DNA of 64,000 nucleotides from Planctomycetota bacterium (GTDB taxonomy: Bacteria; Planctomycetota; UBA1135; GCA-002686595). The position numbers were made by a program, and so were the translations under genes. The stretch spans positions 1 through 64,000 of the forward strand of contig JAJDEU010000009.1 in the NCBI GenBank assembly GCA_029259635.1, written 5' to 3'. Shown here in pieces: positions 38,604-49,019 of this stretch. Below the pieces are notes generated by a model. It had not been told where the DNA came from, made no database searches, and worked only from the letters and a program-made list of their open reading frames with translations. The stretch's first letter is position 1. Each line of letters starts with the position of its first letter.

Positions 38604-39113
38604 TCAGTTCAATCCAGGCGCTCTCTTCAGCCGCCAAACTCCCGTCGTTCCGCTCTGCGCGCCCAGTCCCCAGGGCCCCTCGAGTTCCCGACCGGAAATC
38701 TTGAGCGTAAAAACCGGCGCGCCCGCCATCGACAGGCTCAGCTTGTTGCCCGAAACCTTCACCTCGAATTCGATCGATTCACCCGAAACGAAGCCAGCCA
38801 CCTCGTGACTGGTCAACTTCACCCAGCCCTTCGTTTCCGGCAAGTACTCAAAGACCGTCACGCCGTACCCAGCCACGAATGCGATCGAGACCAACCCGCG
38901 ATCCAGCCCCTCCGTTCTCCTGTCGAGAAGCAGATTCAATTGATTGCCTTTTCCGGGCACGAGCTCCAATGAGCCGGAGATCTCGTACTTGCCCCTGCGT
39001 GGCGCTTCCGTCCGCCACGCCATCGCGTTCGTGTCGGGGAAAGCCGACTGAACCCATTCGTCGCCGGAAGCTTCCAGGGAACGATAGAGCTGTTCCCAGT
39101 CCGGCTTGACCAT
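38604..39113 (-). CDS. hypothetical protein
   Basis: ORF trimmed to the internal ATG at 39113 to avoid a 70-bp overlap with the upstream gene. No recognisable motifs. Confidence 0.3.
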   Translation of the reverse strand: MVKPDWEQLYRSLEASGDEWVQSAFPDTNAMAWRTEAPRRGKYEISGSLELVPGKGNQLNLLLDRRTEGLDRGLVSIAFVAGYGVTVFEYLPETKGWVKLTSHEVAGFVSGESIEFEVKVSGNKLSLSMAGAPVFTLKISGRELEGPWGLGAQSGTTGVWRLKRAPGLN

Positions 39114-39133
39114 CTTTAGGTACCGCAGAAACT

Positions 39134-39934
39134 TCACTTCGATTCTTGCCAGGTTTCCGATGACCTCTTCAACGACCACCTTGAGTCGCACCTCGAATCC
39201 CATCCCGCCCCCAAACGACGAGCTTCACGAAAGAGCTCTACCTTCTTTGCATCAGAAGTAGTCTCCATCAAGAAGCGGAAAAAGAGCTCGTAGTAAGCGT
39301 ACTTCTCACCGCCCGTGAGACCTTCGAGCTTGCCGAGCAACAACGCTTCGACCGACGGCAGACGATCGGAATCGAGGATGTCGAGCAACTGTTGCTCGCG
39401 TGTACTTGAGTTGGGATCACTCGACCTTGAGTCCATCCAACCTCGATCAATACCTGTCTCTGCGGCGAGCCAGGTTGCGTAACCCTCCGCCCACCAATCG
39501 GGGAAGGAACGATAGTTGTTGTAGATGCCGTAGAAGAACGCGTGAGCGGCCTCGTGCACGAGAAGCTTGCGCGATTGTTTCGGGATCCCAATGCGTTCCA
39601 GCACTGAAGGACTGGAGGGTGGCTGGAGCACAACGTGTGAGCTCTTGGTGTTGTAATCCGAGAACGCGTAGCTTGTCGCGAACGCGCCCTGTGTCAGCTT
39701 CTGTTCGGCGAGCTGATACGCCTCGGCAGTGTCGTAGAAGAAAACGTCGATCAGCTCATCCGTGGAATGCTCGAACCCGAAGAGCTCGGTCGCATTAATC
39801 CAAAGCTGTTCGAGGTCTCCTATCACTTCATCGAGCCGTTCCGAATCAGCGACGGCGGTTGTTAGGCGAAAGTGCTCCGAGGTGATCACCAGATCTTCGG
39901 AACAGACACATAGAGCTAGAGCGGCAATCAACAT
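39134..39934 (-). CDS. putative secreted zinc metallopeptidase-like protein (HExxH; peptidase-MA/DUF1570-like)
   Basis: 'LLVHEAAHAFFYG' contains HExxH. N-terminal hydrophobic signal. Confidence 0.45.
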   Translation of the reverse strand: MLIAALALCVCSEDLVITSEHFRLTTAVADSERLDEVIGDLEQLWINATELFGFEHSTDELIDVFFYDTAEAYQLAEQKLTQGAFATSYAFSDYNTKSSHVVLQPPSSPSVLERIGIPKQSRKLLVHEAAHAFFYGIYNNYRSFPDWWAEGYATWLAAETGIDRGWMDSRSSDPNSSTREQQLLDILDSDRLPSVEALLLGKLEGLTGGEKYAYYELFFRFLMETTSDAKKVELFREARRLGAGWDSRCDSRWSLKRSSETWQESK

Positions 39935-40135
39935 TAGCGAATCATAAGCATGGAGCCCGACTCCAGCGCTTGAATTCTCCCTCGCGCGAAACCGAAGTAA
40001 GAAGATTGGGAACAGCGATGCGAACCAAGCGGGGTTGCCGTAGGCTCGACCGCGCGATCCTCCCCGTCCACGGCAGAATCCTCATCTCTACGGCTCAGCT
40101 CAAACAGAGCGGCTTAATCGAATAGGCAAAATCAG

Positions 40136-40885
40136 TTGAGACCCTCGAACTTTATTAACGCGGCTTTGCTCGCAAGTTGCCTTGCGGGAGCTTCCATTCC
40201 GTTGCATGCGCAACATCACGAAGGACGCAAAGGCCGTGGAGTCGCCGAGCTTTTCAAGTCTTCATGCAGTGCGTGTCACGTCCCGCCGAACCCCGCGTTC
40301 GCCACAGACCGCGCCTGGCTCAATCAGATCACCGACACGGCCTGAAGTGACACTCCCGCAAAAGCCCGTGTGGCTTTGATCGAATACCTGCGCTCGACTC
40401 CGCTGCCGCTGCCCATCGAGGCCAAGTCCGCGCCCGCGTCCAAGGAAGGGCGAACGGGAACAGTGACGGCCAGCTTTGAACGCGGCGACCTCTTTCTCGA
40501 GAACCGCCATGGCCAGACCTACCGACTGTCGTGGTCGGGCGAAGAAGAGCACGACGATCGAGCGCTCGCAGTTCCGGCCGGCGCCTACAAGTTGAAGACG
40601 TACCGCATCGTTCGAGAGCGCGACGGAAAGCGTTGGCACCTCTCCGCGACGAGTCCTTCAATCCAAGACGTCACCGTGACCGTGGGCAAGCACACAACCG
40701 TCGCCATTGACGAGGGGATTGCGATGAGCGCCAAGCTCCATGGCGATCGCGCCCAAATGTCCATCAAGGGTGACGGCGGTGCGGGGCTCAGCATCTACCA
40801 AGGCGAGAAGCGCATTCCGATCAACTACCAGATTGTCGGAAGGAGTGGAAAGATCGTGGCCCGAGGCGCCATGCGCTATGGCTGA
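40136..40885 (+). CDS. signal-peptide c-type cytochrome (CxxCH ... ALIEYLRS) plus C-terminal domain, interrupted by an in-frame TGA at 40343..40345 (pseudogene, sequencing error, or recoding)
   Basis: ORFs 40136..40345 and 40370..40885 share a frame. 'SCSACH' heme motif lies before the TGA. The class-I cytochrome c C-terminal helix '...ALIEYLRS' lies after it, so the stop falls inside one domain. TTG start is uncertain. Confidence 0.4.
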
Positions 40886-41088
40886 GGCGGTGGCGGATGG
40901 GCTCCGGTGGAGTCCGCAAAAGGTCAGCTCAAACTCGTTCACGCCAAGCTCCCCTTTCGCGTTGTCGCGAAAAAGTGATCAGCACAGGCTGAGTTCGCTA
41001 AGCCCGTGTATCTGCGCGTCTACCTTCGCGCCCTCCGCCGCGGCCGACGTACAATCCACGTGAGTCACAACTCGGACTCGCGCTTCCC

Positions 41089-42927
41089 GTGTTTACCCAG
41101 CCGCTTTATCTGTTCGCGCTCTTCGGAATTCCCGTAGTCGTCGCGCTGCACCTGTATCGAAAACGCCTGCGTGAGCAGGTCGTCAGCGCGCTCTTTCTGT
41201 GGATGGAAACCGGCGACGATTCACTCAGTGGTCGAAAGCGCGAGAGACTGATTCGCTCGACATCTTTCTGGTGTGAATTGCTGGCCGCGCTTCTCATCGC
41301 ACTTGCGCTTGCCGGACCACAGAGTTGCAGCGAGCGATCCGCAACCCATCTCGTCGTCGTTCTCGATGGCAGCGCGGCCATGGGAGCGACCGCCGGCGAT
41401 GAGACTTTGCGGGATCGCGCCGTCGCCGTCGTCGAAGAACGCATCCAGGCCCTCGGTGAGCAGAGCCGCGTCAGCATCATCCAGAGTGGACTGCACACCC
41501 AAGTCCTCTGCGGGCCCGGCGCTCCACCGAAGCAAGCTCGCGAGTCACTTCGGAACTTTCGACCGGAGGCTCCTCGACACGATTTGGCTAGCGCCGTTTC
41601 GCTCGGCCTAGAAATCGCGAGCGGCGGAGCGCTGCTCATCATCAGCCCCCGATTCCAGCCCGAGAGACTCCCTCCAGAAACCGAGCTCATCGCGTTGGGT
41701 GAGTCGCTCTCGAACACGGGCATCATCCGCGCACGACGAACGCGCGCCACCGCAAAAGATGGCGATCGGATCGAACTCACGGTCGGGCACTACGGTCAGC
41801 GAACGCTCGAAACCAACCTTGTGATTGCGATCGGCGAAGACGTCATCGCAACACACACATTGGACCTGCAGCCCGACGAGCGCCGCGACCTTAGCTTCGA
41901 GCTGCCCGCTGGAACGCCCGCCGTCATCGCCAAGCTGACCGAAGGCGGAGCCCTGGCGATCGATGACAGCGCGTTCCTCACGCCGCCGCCCGCACGCACG
42001 CTCGCAATCGGCACCACACTGCCGATCGATCAATTGGCTCGCCTCGGACTCGCACAAACCAACGGGTCCCCCATCGACCGGTGGCTTTCGGTCGTCCCCG
42101 ACTCCATCGAAGCGCCGCCGGAACTCGCTCACGTCATTCTCGGAGCACCGCCTGCGTCCCCCGACGACGTGCCGTGGGGCGGCGTCGCACTAGCCTTCGA
42201 TCATTCGGGGGAGGAGCGCGAAGATTGGATCGGGCCCTTCCTCATCGAAAAGCGCCACCCACTACTCTCCGGCGTCACCTTGGACGGAGTGATCTGGAGC
42301 TCGTCGACCGAAGTCAACTTGAGCGGTGGACCGCTGGTCTCCACCGGCAATCGCCCGCTGCTTGTCGAAGAGCGCGTCGCGGGTACCCGTCAGTTTATCG
42401 CCAACCTAGACCCCTCGCGCTCGACCTTGGCGCACTCACCCGATTGGCCGATTCTCTTAACCAATCTCGCCGAGCTTGCCCGCGACCGCCTTCCCGGCCC
42501 CGATCAAACCAGTCTCGCGGTCGGCGAACCGTTCGTTTACCGCGCGCGACGAGAGGGTACCTATCGCCTACTCGGACCGGATATCGATCGGGTCATTCGG
42601 TCCCGGGAAGTGCTTGTCCTCGACGAGGATGTTGCGCGCCCGGGTCACTACGAACTCATCGAAGGCGATCGCAGCCTGTGTCAATTCGGCGTGAGCTTTT
42701 CCGACGCGAACGAGAGCGATCTTCGCGAGCTCGCTTCGGGCGAACGGGCCTCGATCGTGCGGCTTGGGAAACTTCAGACCGAGAGCAACCCGATGGAGCG
42801 CGCGCTCTACTTACTCGCGCTTGGACTGTTCGCGCTCGACTGGTGGTGGTTGTCTCGTAGGTCCAGACCGAGCTCCGGCACGACCGAACAAGAGCTGAGC
42901 CAGCGCGGGAAAGCGGTCCGTACCTAA
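41089..42927 (+). CDS. BatA-like protein: N-terminal double-transmembrane domain + vWA-like domain
   Basis: 'MFTQPLYLFALFGIPVVVALHLYRKR' matches the TIGR02226-type N-terminal double-TM anchor. 'VVVLDGSAAM' is a MIDAS-like motif. TAATG overlap with the next gene. Confidence 0.6.
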   Translation: MFTQPLYLFALFGIPVVVALHLYRKRLREQVVSALFLWMETGDDSLSGRKRERLIRSTSFWCELLAALLIALALAGPQSCSERSATHLVVVLDGSAAMGATAGDETLRDRAVAVVEERIQALGEQSRVSIIQSGLHTQVLCGPGAPPKQARESLRNFRPEAPRHDLASAVSLGLEIASGGALLIISPRFQPERLPPETELIALGESLSNTGIIRARRTRATAKDGDRIELTVGHYGQRTLETNLVIAIGEDVIATHTLDLQPDERRDLSFELPAGTPAVIAKLTEGGALAIDDSAFLTPPPARTLAIGTTLPIDQLARLGLAQTNGSPIDRWLSVVPDSIEAPPELAHVILGAPPASPDDVPWGGVALAFDHSGEEREDWIGPFLIEKRHPLLSGVTLDGVIWSSSTEVNLSGGPLVSTGNRPLLVEERVAGTRQFIANLDPSRSTLAHSPDWPILLTNLAELARDRLPGPDQTSLAVGEPFVYRARREGTYRLLGPDIDRVIRSREVLVLDEDVARPGHYELIEGDRSLCQFGVSFSDANESDLRELASGERASIVRLGKLQTESNPMERALYLLALGLFALDWWWLSRRSRPSSGTTEQELSQRGKAVRT

Positions 42928-45686
42928 TGGGCTTCCTCCACCCCGAGCTCTTGCTCTTCTTCGTTCCCGCGCTGGTGATCTGGTGGCGTGCTCGCGCGCG
43001 CCCCGTCGTCCGCGTCCTTCGCCTCGCCGCCATGTCGTGTGTCATTCTCGCGCTGGCTGGCCTCTGGGTCGAGCTCGGCAAACCCGGTCAAGACCTCATC
43101 GTTGTTGTCGACCGTTCCCGTTCCATGACGACCGACGCTACGCGTTCAGCGACGGAACTCATCCGCCTGGCTGAGGACGCGCGCGGCCCAGGCGATCGAG
43201 TCGGAGTCGTTGGACTCGGATCCGAGCCGGTCGTCGAGTGGCTTCCCGCCGAACACGGGCACTTCGATCAGCCGGAGCGAGAGGTCGACCCCGATGGGAG
43301 TGACCTCGAAGCGAGTCTGGAGATGGCACTGAGCTTGATCCCCGACGGCCGACCTGGGCGCATCCTGATCGTCTCCGACGGTGAAGAGAACTCCGGCGAT
43401 GTGGTCAGCGCGGCACGGCGAGCGTTCTCCCGCGGAATCGCGGTCGACGTGCGCAGCACAGCGCGTCCCCAAATCGCCGACCTTCGCGTCGATGAGATTC
43501 AGCTCCCCTTGGAGGTGGCCGTCGGCGAGCCCTTTCAGTTCGTCGCATGGGTTCGCTCCGATCAGCGAACCGAAGCGGACTTTCTGCTGTCGCGCTCCGG
43601 CGTCGAACTGACCCGCGGTCGGCGAGTGTTCGAGCCTGGCATGAACCGCCTCGTCTTTCGCGACGTGCTGACCGCCAATGGAGTCGCGGACTACCAAGTC
43701 AAGATTACTGGCCAACTGGATCGCACACCGGAGAACGACATTGGAATGGGCGCCGTTCGCGCGGTCGGCGCGGCGAGCATTCTCGTCGTCAACGATGATG
43801 GCCAACCGGACACTCTGGTCAAAATCCTGCGCGCCGCCGGGCTGCCGGTCGCGGTCGTCGCTCCCGAAAACGCGCCCATCGACCGAGTTGGGCTGACGGG
43901 CTGGCGCGCTGTCATACTCGAGAACGTCGCCGCCTCGCGAATCGGCTCGCGCTTGTCCGAACTCGTCAACTTCGTTCACGAACGCGGCGGCGGGCTGCTC
44001 GTCACCGGAGGCCAAGCGAGTTTCGGCGTCGGCGGCTACTACAAATCCCCCATCGACGAATCCTTGCCGGTCTCGATGGAGCTCAGGCAAGAGCATCGCA
44101 AGCTCTCCATCGCACTCTCGATCGTGATGGATCGCTCGGGCTCCATGGCGGCCCCCGTCGGCGGCGTCACGAAAATGGACCTCGCCAACCTGGGCGCGGT
44201 CGCTGCCATTGAGCTGCTTTCGCCGATGGATTCCGTGGGCGTCATCGCTGTCGATTCCGCTCCGCACATCATTCAAGAACTCACCGCCGTCGATAACTTG
44301 AGCGCGTTGACCTCGCGAGTTCGATCGATCCAATCATCGGGCGGCGGCATATTCGTTCACGACGGACTGCTGGCCGCCGCTGAGATGCTCGACTCGGCCG
44401 CTCAGGTCAATCGACATGTCACTCTGTTTTCGGACGCGGCCGACAGTGAACAACAAGCGCGCGTGCCCGAGCTGCTCGAGCAGATGCGTGCGATGGGAAT
44501 CAGCGTCTCGGTTATCGCGCTCGGCACGGAAGGCGATGTGGATGCAGACTTCCTCAAGCGCGTGGCGGAGCAAGGCGAGGGCGAGGCCTATTTCACGACC
44601 TCGCCCACCGAGCTTCCGCGCCTGTTCGCGCAGGACACGCTCAAGATCGCTCGGTCGACTTTCATCGAGGAGAGCACCGGCGTCGCACTTCAATCGGGTC
44701 TCTTCGGACTCGGTCAAATGGACGTCACCGGCTTTCCGACAATCGCTGGCTACAACCTCTGCTATCTCAAGCCGGGATCGGTCGCCGGCGCGGTCACCAC
44801 CGACGAGTATTCCGCTCCGCTCGTCGCCTACTCGTACCAAGGCCTGGGGCGAACTGCCGTCTACGCCGGGCAAATCGGCGGCAGCTTTGGTCAGGACATC
44901 GTCGCCTGGGAGGGTTTTGCGTCCTTCTTCACGACGCTCGCTCGGTGGTTGATCGGACAAGAAGCGCCGACCGACTACTTTCCCAGCGTCATACGCGACG
45001 GTCGCTATGCCGTCGTTTCGGTCGAGGTCGCGCCCGAGTCGCCCGCACCCGACGTCGGAGCGATGACAGCTCGCATTGAATCTGCCGACGGCACGGTTCA
45101 AGAGCTGGCGTTGGAGCGTTCCGGCAAGAACAGCTTCTCCGCGCGATATGAACTCAAGTCGGAAGGCATCGCCCTTGGCACCATTCGATTAGGCGACGAG
45201 CGCTTCGTCACGCTCCCGCCTATCACTCTGCCCTATAGCCCCGAGTTCGAGCCGAGCGCCGACCGCCGCCGCGGCGAACGACTGTTGCGCCGAGTCGCGC
45301 GCGAATCCGATGGCAACTTCGACGTTGCTGCGACTTCGTTCTTCTCCGAGGTCGAAGCCGGTTTCGGCTGGCGCTCGATCAGCCGCGAGCTGGGACTGGC
45401 TGCACTGCTCCTCTTGTTACTGGAGATCGCGGTTCGACGCCTGGAACTATTTGGCTCACTGAGAGTTCCGCAGTTCGCGCGCAGCCTGGCGCAAAAGCTA
45501 CCCCGCACTCGCTCCAAGCCGAGAGCAGCCTGGACGCCGCCGGAAGTCGCTTCCACCGCCGAATCCGCAGCGGAAGTCCAAGTCGAATCACAGGCGCCGG
45601 AGCCGGCTCCGGCGGAACCGAAACCGTCCATGTCGTCGGCGCTCGCCAAAGCCAAGCAGGCCGCTCGTAAAGAGAATCGCCGCTAG
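42927..45686 (+). CDS. BatB-like membrane protein with two vWA domains
   Basis: N-terminal double-TM. MIDAS motifs 'VVDRSRSMT' and 'IVMDRSGSMAAP'. 919 aa. Confidence 0.65.
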   Translation: MGFLHPELLLFFVPALVIWWRARARPVVRVLRLAAMSCVILALAGLWVELGKPGQDLIVVVDRSRSMTTDATRSATELIRLAEDARGPGDRVGVVGLGSEPVVEWLPAEHGHFDQPEREVDPDGSDLEASLEMALSLIPDGRPGRILIVSDGEENSGDVVSAARRAFSRGIAVDVRSTARPQIADLRVDEIQLPLEVAVGEPFQFVAWVRSDQRTEADFLLSRSGVELTRGRRVFEPGMNRLVFRDVLTANGVADYQVKITGQLDRTPENDIGMGAVRAVGAASILVVNDDGQPDTLVKILRAAGLPVAVVAPENAPIDRVGLTGWRAVILENVAASRIGSRLSELVNFVHERGGGLLVTGGQASFGVGGYYKSPIDESLPVSMELRQEHRKLSIALSIVMDRSGSMAAPVGGVTKMDLANLGAVAAIELLSPMDSVGVIAVDSAPHIIQELTAVDNLSALTSRVRSIQSSGGGIFVHDGLLAAAEMLDSAAQVNRHVTLFSDAADSEQQARVPELLEQMRAMGISVSVIALGTEGDVDADFLKRVAEQGEGEAYFTTSPTELPRLFAQDTLKIARSTFIEESTGVALQSGLFGLGQMDVTGFPTIAGYNLCYLKPGSVAGAVTTDEYSAPLVAYSYQGLGRTAVYAGQIGGSFGQDIVAWEGFASFFTTLARWLIGQEAPTDYFPSVIRDGRYAVVSVEVAPESPAPDVGAMTARIESADGTVQELALERSGKNSFSARYELKSEGIALGTIRLGDERFVTLPPITLPYSPEFEPSADRRRGERLLRRVARESDGNFDVAATSFFSEVEAGFGWRSISRELGLAALLLLLLEIAVRRLELFGSLRVPQFARSLAQKLPRTRSKPRAAWTPPEVASTAESAAEVQVESQAPEPAPAEPKPSMSSALAKAKQAARKENRR

Positions 45687-45695
45687 CACGCCCGT

Positions 45696-46544
45696 TCAGG
45701 CGGGGACGAGCACACCGCGCGGGACGAGTTGCTCGCGACACAAATCATCGAGCGACGCGTGGGGCGAGAGATCGCAAAAGACGGCGCCCATTCGCCGGCA
45801 CTCTTCACTCAATCCGGCCGTCAGAGCGTCCAACCTCGACCGGTAGCTCGAGATCGCCGAGTCGCTGAGGATGAGATCCAACTCGCCTCCGTCTTCGGCG
45901 TCCCGCAATCGCAAGGCGCCCCGCTCCGGTTCGACGTCACTGGTTCCGAGGACGCGCAAGAAAATGAGCGAGCCGGCGCCGCGCGCAAAAGATCGCACAA
46001 GCGCGTTCGGGTCGTGCGGAAAGAGGAAATCGCTCACGACGAACCGAGCGGCGCCCTGTCGCAGCACATTCGAAATAGCGGGCAACATCTCGGACAGTCC
46101 CTGAGAGCCCGTGAAGTCCGCGCCATCCCGATCGAGTTGAGCGCGCTCGAGTTGCCGCACGGTGTCGTCGATCCAAAACTGGTGAACCCCGAGTCCTTCC
46201 GCGCGCCCAGCGGCCTCGATCAATCCCGCGAGATCGATCGCCCGTTGCGCTTTGCCCTCGACCGCCGCCATCGAGCGAGAGCCGTCGACGAAGACTTCGA
46301 TGCGAGGTGTGATCTCTTCGCGATAGAGCCGCACGAAGAGCTCGCCCGTTCGAGCATAGACGCGCCAATCCAAGTGGCGCACATCATCGCCGGGCGAATA
46401 GTTGCGGCGGTCCTGAAACTCGAGCGACGAGCCCGTCCCACCGCCGAGGCGTTCTCCAGGAGCGCCGTTCGTGACGGCGCTCGATAGCGCGAGACGATAT
46501 CGGTCTGCAAGCGCAACCGACTGTTCACTCGGTCGCATCAACAT
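45696..46544 (-). CDS. DUF58 domain protein (MoxR-associated, vWA-like)
   Basis: 'LEFQDRRNYSPGDDVRHLDWRVYARTGELFVRLYREE' is the DUF58 signature. Confidence 0.75.
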   Translation of the reverse strand: MLMRPSEQSVALADRYRLALSSAVTNGAPGERLGGGTGSSLEFQDRRNYSPGDDVRHLDWRVYARTGELFVRLYREEITPRIEVFVDGSRSMAAVEGKAQRAIDLAGLIEAAGRAEGLGVHQFWIDDTVRQLERAQLDRDGADFTGSQGLSEMLPAISNVLRQGAARFVVSDFLFPHDPNALVRSFARGAGSLIFLRVLGTSDVEPERGALRLRDAEDGGELDLILSDSAISSYRSRLDALTAGLSEECRRMGAVFCDLSPHASLDDLCREQLVPRGVLVPA

Positions 46545-48081
46545 TCGCCGTTACTCCCGAACTCGTGGCCCGCGCTCGATCACGTGCCACCGCAGAGAAG
46601 TGCATCACTTCGGAGTAAGAGCGCCAGATCGCTCGAGCGCTGATCAAAATGCCGATCGCGACAAAGCCGAGAATCGTCTCGACCGCACCCGATGGGAATC
46701 CACTGTTCATAATCTCGTAGAGAACCCAAGGCGGATTGCCAAAGTGTTCGAATGCTCCCATCGGAGATCCGCCGAGAAGGGCCGTAATGATGGCCGGCAG
46801 GAAGACCCCACCGGCAAACAGGACGACGATCAGCATTCGGCGAGCCGCCGGCGTGACTTTCTTGCTCACCCGAAAGAGAGGCCTTGGGAGCGTGAGATAT
46901 GTGAATCCGTAGGCGATCGCGACGAGCATTCCGAGAGTAGAGGAGTCCAGAAGATCCGATAACCGATCGCCGAAGATGAAGCGAGTAGCGGTCAGAGAAC
47001 CGGCGAGTAGAAAACTCGTCATCAGGAAGAACGCCAAACCTCGTGCGCCGCCGGGCAGCATCGGCGTCACCAAGAAGGCAGCCCATCGTTTCGTCGGGAT
47101 CGTCATTCTCACGCGACGCCCCAATCGCTCGGCTTCCCCCGCGAACCCGATCGAGACCATGAAAAGCACCGAACCGGCGAACATGAAAAAGATCGTCGCC
47201 AGATCGCCCCGGTTGGATCCGAACATTCCATGTGCGGAGAGACACGTTGCCGCCATTCCAGCAACAGCGACGGGAACTCCGATGAGAGCGATTGTCCGCG
47301 CGGGCGTAGAGCTATTCTCTTCGGGATGAGCCAACCGCCCAATTGCCTGTACGAACGCGAAGGCCGCTATCCAAATCACAATACTGGAAACCAGGGTCAT
47401 ACCCAGCGCGAATTCAGGCTCGTAGATCGTCTGGGGCGATCTGATCATCTCGCCTGCAATCGAAATCAAAACACTGATCACAATCGATAATCCAGCCGCG
47501 ATCGCTGCCTGGAAAAACATGCGCGCGAATCGCTTCGTCGTCGTCGTCGAGAGCATGACGGCAAGCGTCGACAGGATCACGGAGAGCATCAACGTCAGAA
47601 GAAGCAGGAATGCGACCACTCCTAGATCAACGCCTTGAAGGAGAAAAGCGAAGATAAGGAACGGGCCAAAGGCCGAAAAGTAGAGCAGAGTCTGAATGCC
47701 CGACGAGTAGACCTTCCCCGCGATGATGTGGCGCGGCTTCAAGTCGGACAGGCACAAGAGGTCGTAGGTGTTCTCGTCCCACTCGTTGCCCATGGCGATG
47801 AAGGCGAAGAAGGGCACCAGACCGAGGGCCGCAATCGCCAGGCAGGTGAACATCAACATGAAGAACTGTTGACCGTTACTCCGGTCCGCTCCGGCAAGAG
47901 CGATATGTCCAATCGCGGCCACCGTCCCCCCCGAGACGGTCAGCCAGAAGGTCCAGCGGAAGTAGTTGCCACGCAGCGCCTGCCTAACTTCTTTGACCAG
48001 GATCGGGTTGAACCGTTCCGACAGCCTCTCCAAGAAGCCCATCTTCGGCGGCACCGCTCCAATCGAATCGTGGCTGCTCAT
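46525..48081 (-). CDS. ABC-2-type transporter permease-like polytopic membrane protein
   Basis: 518 aa with more than 10 TM helices. 4-bp overlap with the ABC ATPase upstream. Confidence 0.5.
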   Translation of the reverse strand: MSSHDSIGAVPPKMGFLERLSERFNPILVKEVRQALRGNYFRWTFWLTVSGGTVAAIGHIALAGADRSNGQQFFMLMFTCLAIAALGLVPFFAFIAMGNEWDENTYDLLCLSDLKPRHIIAGKVYSSGIQTLLYFSAFGPFLIFAFLLQGVDLGVVAFLLLLTLMLSVILSTLAVMLSTTTTKRFARMFFQAAIAAGLSIVISVLISIAGEMIRSPQTIYEPEFALGMTLVSSIVIWIAAFAFVQAIGRLAHPEENSSTPARTIALIGVPVAVAGMAATCLSAHGMFGSNRGDLATIFFMFAGSVLFMVSIGFAGEAERLGRRVRMTIPTKRWAAFLVTPMLPGGARGLAFFLMTSFLLAGSLTATRFIFGDRLSDLLDSSTLGMLVAIAYGFTYLTLPRPLFRVSKKVTPAARRMLIVVLFAGGVFLPAIITALLGGSPMGAFEHFGNPPWVLYEIMNSGFPSGAVETILGFVAIGILISARAIWRSYSEVMHFSAVARDRARATSSGVTANVDATE

Positions 48082-49019
48082 TGAACGATTCCTTCCGTGA
48101 CCGACATGAAGACGTCCTCTAGATCCATGCGTTCGGTAGCGAATTCGACCGGCTTCATGCCACTCTCGACAAGCACCTTGAGCAAGTGAGCGATGCCCTC
48201 ATCGCCCCGCTCGAAGTCGACGACAACACCCCCGCGAATTTGTCGCGTACCGAGCACACCCGGAACCTCGAGAATCTTCCGTTCGGTAGCCACCGCTTCG
48301 CCGAGGGTCCGGACAAAGATCGAGATGTGCTGCACGATGCCCTGAACGATGTCATCGACCGTTCCGTGTGCGCGAATCTTTCCATCTTCGATCACGACTA
48401 CGGCGTCACACATCTCCGAGAGCTCGGTCAGAATGTGCGACGAGATCAGGACGCCTTTGCCAGCCTCGGTGAGTGCTTTCAAGAGCTCGCGTAACTCAAC
48501 CCGCGCTCGCGGATCCAAACCAGCCGCCGGCTCGTCCAGGATGAACAGCTCGGGATCGTGCAGCATCGTCTTCGCGAGACACAGTCTCTGACGCATGCCT
48601 TTCGAGAGCGAGCCCATCTCCTTGCCGACCGAAGCCGTGAGCGCCGTGAAATCGATCACCTCCGCAACCGTCGACTGCCTCTGGCGTCCCCTCAGTCCGT
48701 AGGCGCGTGCGTAGAAGTCGAGGTACTCGCTCACCGTCGTATTCGAATACGCCCCGTAGGAGTCGGGCATGAACCCCATCGCTCGCCTGGCCGTGCGCGC
48801 ATCCTCGATCACGGAATGTCCGTTGACGAAGACGTCTCCGTCATCTGGCAAGTCGAGCGTCGCACAGATCCGCATTGTCGTCGTTTTACCAGCGCCGTTC
48901 GGACCGATGAATCCGACGATACTGCCCGCCTCGATGCTGAAGGAGACCTCATCAACGGCTTTCAATTCGCCGAAACTTCGACTGATTCCGCGTACCTCGA
49001 GGATCGCGCTCATCGCCAA
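48078..49019 (-). CDS. ABC transporter ATP-binding protein
   Basis: Walker A 'GPNGAGKTT'. Signature 'LSKGMRQRL'. Walker B 'LFILDEP'. Confidence 0.85.
   Translation of the reverse strand: MAMSAILEVRGISRSFGELKAVDEVSFSIEAGSIVGFIGPNGAGKTTTMRICATLDLPDDGDVFVNGHSVIEDARTARRAMGFMPDSYGAYSNTTVSEYLDFYARAYGLRGRQRQSTVAEVIDFTALTASVGKEMGSLSKGMRQRLCLAKTMLHDPELFILDEPAAGLDPRARVELRELLKALTEAGKGVLISSHILTELSEMCDAVVVIEDGKIRAHGTVDDIVQGIVQHISIFVRTLGEAVATERKILEVPGVLGTRQIRGGVVVDFERGDEGIAHLLKVLVESGMKPVEFATERMDLEDVFMSVTEGIVQ

Noticed and set aside
45660-45720. Possible bidirectional terminator between the convergent batB-like and DUF58 genes
   Set aside because: Only a 4-bp stem (cccg/cggg) is visible in the 9-bp gap, which is too weak to call.
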